Source of the DNA: a virus
Lineage: Duplodnaviria; Caudoviricetes
IMG/VR virus record: IMGVR_UViG_2974674860_000001
Location: 26,491 to 90,490 of that record
DNA: 64,000 nt
Direction: 5' to 3' (one strand)
Positions 56,301 to 64,000 of this stretch are shown here, piece after piece. Positions within the stretch are counted from its first letter, which is position 1. Every line of letters starts with the position of its first letter. The translations under genes and the position numbers were made by a program. The notes under the pieces were generated by a model that ran no database searches, was not told the DNA's origin, and was given only the letters and a program-made list of their open reading frames with translations.

Positions 56301-58609
56301 CGGATCTGCTTGCGTCGCAGCGTCTCAGCGCGGGATTCCTGTCGTGTGCGTCGTGCCATGATCAATTCCTCCTGTGAGTAGTTCGTGGACCATCCGCGAA
56401 CAGCAAAGCCACCGACACCTGTTCGGTAGCAATGCAATACGTGTTGGTCAGTTGGTGATGTCGTGCGCGATGCTGATCATGCTGCGACCTCGACCTCAGT
56501 GCGGAAGCATGACTTGACCAGGCCGCAGATCTTGTCGATGCCGTATCCGCCACCGGCGTTGTCGAGGGTGACCCGTCCGGCCGGTACCGAGATCTCGGTG
56601 TCGAAGGTGTCGCCGTACGCAGCGCCGTTCCAGCCGTCCCAGATCCACACCTCGGGCCGAGTGAGCGTGCCGCCATGCTCGGCCAGCTTTCGGGCTGTTG
56701 TGATGTCCAGGTAGACGAGAGCGACCAACGCGCCGCCGTAGTAGTACTGCTCAGCGCACAGGTCCCGAAGCCGAGCCATGTTCGCTGCCGTGACCGGAAT
56801 GCCGCCGTCCTCCAGGACATCACTCGCGACCTCCAGCCACGCCGTCGGGTCGTCGTCGGTGAGAAGGTCGATGATCTCCTTAGTCCGAGCGTCGTCGGCG
56901 AGATGGATGCGGAACAACTGGTCGGGCGTGTTCGAGATCAGCTGCCGCTCCACGTCGGATTGATCGTGCTCCTCGATCGCGAACCGAAGCTCGTCGAACA
57001 GGTCGTTATCGATGTCGCGCAGCTCGGCACCGGTGAGACGCACGTCGTCGTCGACCGTGATGTCGTTGACGCGGAACAGGTCGTCCATCTCGCTCATCGC
57101 GCCGTCATATCGGCAGTCGAAGTACCACTCCGACTCATGGATCGAGTCGACGTAGCCCTCATCCATGTATTCGGCGATCTGCTCGTCCGACAGCTCGTCG
57201 CGGTAGTCGACGTAGACCAGGTGGAACTTGTGCGCACCGCTCTGCACCTCGGACAGGATGCGCTCGACCTCGTGACGCACTGCATTGTGATCAGTCATGA
57301 TTGCCTCTCTCGCTGCGACCATCGCAGACAACAAAGGGCACGAGATCCACTCGTGCCCAATGCAATCGGTGTGGTCAGTGCTTGACGTAGTCGATCTTCG
57401 CGCCGACTCGCTTGGTGTAGTCGATCTTCGGGCGGCGCTTGGTCAGATTGACGCGCTTGGCCAGGGTCACTTTGCTCACTGGGTCACCTCCTCTGCGGTG
57501 AAGTTGTCGAGGTAGTCCAGCTCGTCGATGCGAGCGTTGACGTCCTCCAGGTCCCACGTGACCTGCTCGATGTCCTCGGTGCGGAACACTCGTGCCAGCT
57601 CGTCCTGTAGATGGCTGCGCCACTCGATTGCCTCGTCGCGAGACATGTCCTTGACGTACATCAGGCGGGCCGGATCTGTGTGATGTCGCCGATCACGTCG
57701 ACCAGGCTCGACGTCACCGGATGGATGTAGTAGGTCAGCTGTGCCGACGCGCTTGTGCACTGTGCGACCCACTTGGACGTGCCCGGCAGATACGCCGTGT
57801 CGCCCTTCTCCAGGCGCACAACAGCCGCCCGTCCGCCGTCCTCGTCCTTGTCTGCGGGGATCTCCAGGATCGATCCCCAGTCGAAGTGAGTCATGTCAGT
57901 CCTCGTCCCACTCGTCGGTGAGCGCATCTCGCTTGCGCTCCAGTTCCCTGATCTGGTCGTTGATCTCCGCGATCTCTCGGCGTTTCTTGATCTGCTCGGA
58001 GTTGGCGCACTGGTAGCAGACCTGCGAGTTGGGACCGTGCTCGATCTCGTCCTCCTTGAAGACCTCGCACTCGGCGCAGACGTGCTGGTTGTAGGAGTCG
58101 GCGATGACTCGGCAGGCCTCAGCGAGTGCGTCGTCGCCCGCCATCGTGATCTCAGAGGTCGGTATCGCGGCCTCCAGTCGGTAGTACAGATCCTCGGCAT
58201 CGAGTGTTGACATGGTGGATTCCTCCAGGTGAGTGGGTGGTCAGAGAAGTGCGAGGATCTCGTCGACCTTCGCGTCGCGGTGGCTGATTGCGAGGTCGAT
58301 GAGTTGGGCATCGTTGGTGCGGCGACCCTCGCCGTACTCGAAGGTCCGCGAGAGCGCGACCCAGTAGCCGACGACTCGCTTGTCGTCGGTGCGTGCCTGC
58401 CAGACCGACCAGTTGCCGAGATCGGACGACAGGATGTCCAGCTCGACCGATCCGGCCCAAGCCTTGCCCATGCCCTCGATGACGGTGTGGGAGTTGGCCA
58501 TGCACTCGGCATTGGCGCGGAGCGGGCCCGTGTCGGCGTTCGGATCGGCGACCACATAGCCGGTGGCCGACCAGTCGCAAGCGGTGTTGTGAGCGATGAC
58601 GTGGTGCAT
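50351..58609 (-). other. run of about 25 small leftward hypothetical genes
   Basis: Tightly packed, acidic ORFs with GGAG(G) RBSs, e.g. 50351-50754, 50943-51260, 51733-52029, 52033-52416, 52427-52823, 53634-54002, 55349-55573, 55863-56105, 56477-57298, 57896-58213, 58241-58609. Confidence 0.6.
54093..54452 (-). CDS. secreted protein with Glu-Pro-Thr repeats
   Basis: MFKRLLIAL...VAHA signal peptide; EEPTEPTEPTEPTEP. Confidence 0.75.
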   Translation of the reverse strand: MFKRLLIALSAAATLALFGGVAHAATPAEECRLPLGNGQFAPCPPEVTSTGPGGSSGGGGGAAWQPEQPEVKTSPKWEMPKKEKPEAEEPTEPTEPTEPTEPGDGDGEGDDDGGDTPTS

Positions 58610-58729
58610 TGGGATACCTCCAGGTGATGGAATGTCCAGTGATTACGGGACAACCAAGCGTCCGACACATGTTCGGGCGCAAGGCAATCAGGTAATAACC
58701 AGGCGAGCCAGACCGACAGCAGGTGCATG

Positions 58730-59272
58730 TCAGTCGCCGGTGATCTCGTAGAACTGGCCGTCGTACTCGGTGAAGTTGCCCTCGATGCGCAGATCGCGAG
58801 CGAAGGCCTCATAGTCGAAGTACCGGGCGACATGCTCGGGCACGCCTTCGAGGTAGCCGTAGTCATCGACCAGCGCGTAGGCGACTTCGAGCATCGTCTC
58901 GCCGAGCGGCCCGATCACACTGTCCTGTGTGTAACCGTCGGCGTACATCGAGCCGTGATGCTCGACGTAGGCGAAGTACTTGTCGGGATCGTCGCCCATG
59001 CGCTCGACATGGGCCAGGATCTCCGAGATCTGTTCGTACTCACCGATCTTGATCGGACCGAAGCAGTCGGTATCGGCGATCAGCCATTCCTCATGCGGTC
59101 CCGACCATTCGCCCTGCGCTTTGAGCTTGGCCGTGCCCAGCTCCAGGATCTCGGCGATGGCATCCTCGATGTCGCCCTCGGTGGTTGTGCTGTCCAGCTC
59201 GATCCACTGGCCGACAAGCTCACCGGCGTTGTATGCCGCGAGATCGCCGATCCAGATACGCGGGTTGTCCAT
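58730..59272 (-). CDS. ardA: ArdA-like antirestriction protein
   Basis: RIWIGDLAAYNAG.L.G.WI.L...EEWLIAD...FDYEAFARDL; highly acidic. Confidence 0.88.
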   Translation of the reverse strand: MDNPRIWIGDLAAYNAGELVGQWIELDSTTTEGDIEDAIAEILELGTAKLKAQGEWSGPHEEWLIADTDCFGPIKIGEYEQISEILAHVERMGDDPDKYFAYVEHHGSMYADGYTQDSVIGPLGETMLEVAYALVDDYGYLEGVPEHVARYFDYEAFARDLRIEGNFTEYDGQFYEITGD

Positions 59273-59510
59273 GATGTTCCTCCAGTTGGGTTGATACCTG
59301 CGGACAATGCGCGGCACTGTTACCTGTACGAGACAGGCAACAGTGCCGACACAATCGGCAGAGATCAGTCGACGTTGCCCGACTTGGTCCAGGCGTTCGG
59401 TGTGTAGACCGCCTGGCCATCGCGGGAGTTGTCCTTGAGTTGGTCGACGTCGACCTGGACCAGCTTGAGCAGCAGTGTGTCGTCCATGTCCATTGTGTTT
59501 CTCCTATCAA

Positions 59511-60788
59511 TCAGGCAGCGCGGATCGCTGCCACAGATTCCTGTGTGGGGACGGTATTGCGAACGATCAGATGCCAGGCCTTGCCATCGCCGATCTTGCG
59601 CCGAGCATGGTCAGCATCGCGCCAACGCTCGCCGACGATCCAGGGCTGGTGATACATCGACCCGCGGGCCAGCATCGTGCCATCAGGCAGGACAGCGACC
59701 TCGGTCGCGGTGTGAGCGGTTCCGTAGAGCGAGATCCCGGTGGACTTCGACGTCTCGACACGATGCTTCGGCTTCGAGATCGCCGTCATCGGCATTGCAC
59801 TGTAGCGCGGCATCTTCGCCCACCAGTCGCCACGCTCGCCCTGCTCGACCCAGTAGGACCAGTCACCGGCGAAGTCGACAACCTCGGTCGCGGGGATGAA
59901 ACCGTAGTCACGCGGCGACTCCCAATTGCTGTCATTCTCGATCCACTCGCGGACCGGGCCCTGACGCTTGGTCAGCGTGCCGCCCATCTGCTTGATCTTC
60001 CGAGTCGTGATCGCCGTCGGAACAGCGAACATGTCGCCCTGTCGGGTGACCTCGCGGCCCATTTCCTCGGCAGTGACGACAGCCTCAGGCTTGAGAGCCT
60101 GCAGGGCATCCTCGAAGCTGGAGACCTCACGCGGCAGCTCGGACAGGAAGTAGAGCGGGCGAGATTCCTGCCGATCGAATGAGGAGATGAAATAGGTGGT
60201 GCGGCTGGTGAAGTCATCCCAGCGGCTGGCACGGACATCGGCCTTGAAGACCGAGTCGCCGAGCCAGTGCCGGACCGAGTACCACTGATACTGGCCATCG
60301 TGGAGCGCGACCAGCTGCCCGCCGACCTTGCCGACATACTCGGTCAGCTCGTCATCCTTGTAGATGTACCGCCCGCCGAAGCTGCCATGACCGTCGATCG
60401 GCCCCATGCTGGCCGGTGGGGTGTCCGAAGCCTGGAAGTTGTATTCGTAGCCGTCGGCCTTGGTGGCGATGATCTCGATGGACTTGTGATCGATCCGAGC
60501 AGCATCGAGCGAGGAGAACGGGACGATCAGGTAGGGGATCTCGGCGCGCTGGACACCGGCGCGGACCTCCGACTGATGGCGCGTCGTCGACACCGAGAAC
60601 GTGTCACCGTTCAGGATGGCCAGGGTCGGTTTACCCTCGGCATCCCGACGCAGGTGACCCATCGCGAAGTGTGTCCCGTAGGAGTAGATCGTGTCCCCGT
60701 GGGAGAACACGTTGCAACGGGCAAGCTCGGTCTTGAGATTCTTGGGGTTGTCGATCCACCGGCGGACCATCGTGTAAGCGTCGGACAT
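59511..60788 (-). CDS. hypothetical protein (about 425 aa)
   Basis: ATG 60788 with GGAGG RBS; IYSYGTHF motif. Confidence 0.7.
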   Translation of the reverse strand: MSDAYTMVRRWIDNPKNLKTELARCNVFSHGDTIYSYGTHFAMGHLRRDAEGKPTLAILNGDTFSVSTTRHQSEVRAGVQRAEIPYLIVPFSSLDAARIDHKSIEIIATKADGYEYNFQASDTPPASMGPIDGHGSFGGRYIYKDDELTEYVGKVGGQLVALHDGQYQWYSVRHWLGDSVFKADVRASRWDDFTSRTTYFISSFDRQESRPLYFLSELPREVSSFEDALQALKPEAVVTAEEMGREVTRQGDMFAVPTAITTRKIKQMGGTLTKRQGPVREWIENDSNWESPRDYGFIPATEVVDFAGDWSYWVEQGERGDWWAKMPRYSAMPMTAISKPKHRVETSKSTGISLYGTAHTATEVAVLPDGTMLARGSMYHQPWIVGERWRDADHARRKIGDGKAWHLIVRNTVPTQESVAAIRAA

Positions 60789-60866
60789 GATTCCTCCAAA
60801 TTGGTTGTGACATATGCGGACAACGCGCACCACCGAGAGACTCGATGGCGACGCAATCGGCACAGA

Positions 60867-62449
60867 TCAGTTCGTGAGGGCAGCTCGGATGACTCGCCGC
60901 TGGAGATCCGAGAATCCGTAGAAGTGGACCGAGATCCGTTCCTGTCGATTCAGGTACGGATGCTCGTAGATCGACTCGACCCACTCGGTCAGGTCGTCGT
61001 AGCTATCCCAGTACGCGCCGATGTCCTCGGCGATGGCCACCGCAGCCATCGGTGTCGCGCCGATGTAGTACTCGGCGTCCCGTTCGATCTCGACATCAGT
61101 CGACCCGCCGTGCCCGTCGTCGACGATCTCGCAGACCGTGCGGTAGACAGCGATGCCGCGACCCTCGGGACCGGGCAGATCAGGCGTGTCCACCCGCCAC
61201 TGTCGCGGGAAGTCGAAGGCGCAGGTGATGTAGTCACCGGCGGTGATCAGGTTGACGATGGACATGATTCCTCCAGGTAGGTCGGTGTGTACGGGACAGG
61301 CAACAGATCAGGACTGCGGGACGAAAGTGAACGAGGTCAGCGCAGGCTCGCCATCCGAACCGGTGTCGAAGATCAGGGTCGCGTCGTACTTTCGATCCAG
61401 GTCGCCCCATTGGTCCGGTGTGTAGGCGATCGAGACCCGTTCCGGCTGGTCGCGGTACAACAGGACCATGAACAGGACCATGCTGAGATCCGATTCGACG
61501 TCACTGTCCACGGTGCGGGCGGTATCGCAGTCCCATGCGGTGCGGTACTCCAGGATCAGACACCGGTCGGTATCCACATTCATCAGGGCATTGAACGCCT
61601 CGTCGCCGACGACGGTCTTGATCTCTTGAGCGATGGACATGATTCCTCCAGTTGTGTTGTGGACGGTCAGTGACGGGCCCGACACTTGTTCGGGCCCATG
61701 ACTGACCGCACGTCCGAAGACGTACGGGACAGGCAACAGTTCAGACGCGGACGTATCCGTTCGCGAAGTCGAGAGCAGTGTCGAGGTAGTCCGACGAGAA
61801 GATCCGCGAGTCGCCATCGTAGACATAGCTGATGCCATGCCGACCGGTCTTCTCGACCCGAACGGACGTGGTGCGACCCTTAGCGTCGCAGACGTTCAGT
61901 GTGCTGGTCATGCTTGTTCCACCCCGCAGACGTCGTACAGGTAGCTGCCACCATCGGCAGTGTCGAAGCCACCGAAGTCCCAAGACACCGGCGAGAACTT
62001 GCGCTCGATCCAGTCCTGGGCAGCGGCGAGACTGGTCACCGCGACGACATGGGCAGGGCAGTCGACGAAAGCCTCGCGGACCACGAGAATCTGTTGCATT
62101 GGATACCTCCGAGAGTTGTGGTGATCGTACGGGACAGGCAACAGTCTCAGTAATCGGCCGCGATGGCAGCCGACAGAGCGCGTCGCGAGGTGAAAGTGGA
62201 CTTGGACAGAATCCGGCCGCCCTTGGTGCGAGTGATCACGGTACCGGCGGCATCGACACTACCCTTGCCGTGGAAGTCCGCCGAGATCTCGACAATCCGG
62301 CCGCCCTTGGTCTTGACCGAGCGTGAGGCGTGGAACTTTTGGACGTCCAGGTGACCGCCCCGGCCGACACTGGTCGCAATGTGAGTTGTCCATCCGAGCT
62401 TGACCGACTTGTCGCGCTCGATCTCGATAGCTTGCCTACGTTTCGCCAT
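60867..62449 (-). other. five small leftward genes (60867-61265, 61308-61640, 61741-61910, 61908-62099, 62147-62449)
   Basis: Four of the five have a GGAGG RBS. Three intergenic gaps carry the GTACGGGACAGGCAACA motif (61289, 61722, 62127). Confidence 0.65.
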
Positions 62450-62714
62450 GATTACCTCCGAGTTGTGTTGTGGGGCTTGACATCTTAGGGAAAGCGACCG
62501 AGTGGCACAGATGACCTATCGGTCGCCAACCTAAGTCTGTCAATCAGGTAGTTGTTACGCGCTTTCGCGGTGTGACCAGGAGATTCCTGGCAGTCGCGTG
62601 GCGGATTGCGCCGCCCGTCCGAAGTATTTGGTTCGCACATGACCCATTACTGGCCCATGCACTTGTCGCCGTTTCATGCTGTCAGCTGACCCTAGACCTA
62701 TCAGTTAGTAGCAG

Positions 62715-63874
62715 TGACCTGCGCTTATGGTGCGCAGGCACCTTATCCCAACGGTCTCGTACCCTCGCATAGACTCACGTCCGGATACTGGCCCAACCTG
62801 GCAAGTTGTGGCGACGCTACTCGCAACCGTGGGCACTAAGTGCCCAACGTCTGCGCTCACACGTCGCCCCGATTATTCGCGACCGATTCACTATGGAGTT
62901 CTCAATGTTCACGTAGGCATGACTCACAAGCGTCTGGGAGTGGCGCCATGCCATGCGTCACCAGACGGTAGTGTTTCGTCCCCCGCGTGGTCGCTACTCA
63001 CGTCGCATCGGGTGGTGCTTTGGCCACTACTGGCCGTGCACTGTCGCCGTCCCCCGCTAGGTCTCTGACCTGCGGTTCTAGGCGTCTGGCCTAGGCGGTC
63101 CGCGTGTCGTGCTGGTCATTTTCTCACCTCCCGTCTGGCCCCGGTGGGCCGCTGCTTTCGATGTCACAAAGCTAGCCTACCGTCCGAGACGTGCAAAAAC
63201 GTCCTGACCTGCACGTTCACCACATCGTCGCAGGTCAGCACGTGCAAGAAATTTTCCCTGTGACGTACGTCACACTGCTCTGACCTGCGGTTTTGCCGCC
63301 CAACTGTGGCGCAGGTCACACGTCGCGGGCTCTCGAACGGCGTTCGGTCGGCCATTTTCGGCGTTCTTAGGCCACCCTCATAAGTGCTGCTCAGAGCGTT
63401 TTTAGGGTGCCCTCACTTGCGCCCTGGTCGCCCGACGTGCGTTGCGCGTGCCGAATCGGGCCCATCACCGCAGGTCACGGGCGGTTTTTGGCGCGCCAAC
63501 TAAGCCAAGCCTAACTCGCATCGTCGCAGGTCAGAGCGTTGCGACCCGCTAAGCGGACCGCGACCTCGGCCGGCCGGGGCATCGCCGCAGGTCAGAGCGT
63601 TTTCTAAACGGACCGCGCAGGTCAGAGCGTTGCGCGGCGCTCGCTAGGGCTCTGACCTGCGGTTATGCGCCATCGTCGCAGGTCAGCGCGCCGAGTGTGA
63701 CGTCGGTCACAGCGCCCTCGCGCACCCTGTCTGACCTGCGCAAACGTCGCATCGTCGCACGTCAGAGCGTTGGGGGAGGGCTGCTATATGTCAAAGGGCC
63801 GCCCGACCGAACGCTCGCTCGGTTACCGGCCAGTAGCACCCTACCGAACGCTCGTTCGGTGAGCCTGACCTGCC
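62715..63874. repeat. about 15 copies of CGCAGGTCA[G/C] in both orientations
   Basis: Copies at 62715, 63065, 63204, 63229, 63280, 63310, 63469, 63525, 63586, 63616, 63652, 63677, 63731, 63756 and 63865. Confidence 0.85.
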
Positions 63875-63947
63875 CAACCGAACGCTCACTCGGTAAGGGC
63901 ACCCTCACCGACCGAGCGCACGTTCGGCTACCGAACACTCGCTCGGT
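63806..63947. repeat. five copies of an 18-bp quasi-palindrome ACCGAACGCTCG[C/T]TCGGT
   Basis: Copies at 63806, 63843, 63877, 63911 (inverted) and 63930. Confidence 0.85.
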
Positions 63948-64000
63948 AAGGGTGCCCTAAGACCCCTCCCCCCGTCCGCCGGCGCGGGCACGCAACGCTC

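Larger units (their letters stand above)
54030..60856 (-). repeat. seven related intergenic modules: TTG[CT]N(2-3) + stem-loop + N3-GTTGT[CT]CGC...
   Basis: Copies at about 54030-54083, 54484-54532, 56388-56437, 57317-57366, 58641-58687, 59293-59354 and 60809-60856. Stems differ in sequence but keep pairing. Confidence 0.75.
10611..62143. repeat. dispersed asymmetric 13-17 bp operator-like motif TGTTGC[G/C]TGTC[T/C]C(GTAC)
   Basis: Copies start at 10611, 10700, 24438, 26515, 32283, 33565, 33657, 34269, 41258, 47285, 47842, 47871, 55610, 59330, 61289, 61722 and 62127 (0-2 mismatches). Nearly all are intergenic. Confidence 0.85.

Noticed and set aside
63806-63947. Mini-CRISPR array
   Set aside because: Repeats are 18 bp with 1-19 bp gaps, one is inverted, and there are no cas genes.

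Overview
This window is most of the genome of a high-GC, temperate actinobacteriophage (siphovirus-like). A Gordonia-type host is inferred from the split lysin A, Lsr2, WhiB and host-like XseAB. Left to right: the end of the minor tail genes with an embedded lysis cassette (to 9.8 kb); an inverted lsr2 gene; a rightward accessory block with exonuclease VII (xseA/xseB), a SLOG protein and an HNH; the integration module (tRNA, attP, tyrosine integrase, HTH plus membrane protein); a leftward replication/recombination operon (HJ resolvase, WhiB, SSB, NrdH, primase-helicase, Rep, Xis, RecT/RecE); a divergent repressor; a rightward RNA-repair and nucleotide-metabolism block (nucleotidyltransferase, RNA ligase, Pnk, MazG-like, 5'-nucleotidase, DUF5664-like, lysin B-like); a HigBA pair; a leftward run of small genes including ArdA; and about 1.5 kb of repeat-rich non-coding DNA, probably near the right genome end. 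Two structures are missed by the ORF track. (1) A minus-strand tRNA-Lys(UUU) gene (15331-15641) is split in its anticodon by a 238-nt Azoarcus-like group I intron. It lies about 150 bp from an attP whose core is an uninterrupted tRNA-Lys(UUU) anticodon arm with no other tRNA half. This fits tRNA-dependent lysogeny in which the rescuing tRNA is intron-split, so it carries no att-like core as DNA and only works after self-splicing (inference). (2) A leader upstream of lsr2 holds four tandem units, each a Shine-Dalgarno sequence plus a short ORF encoding M-x(2-3)-R-[G/S]-P-P, and ends in a long hairpin. All calls are by eye from sequence motifs; no searches were run.
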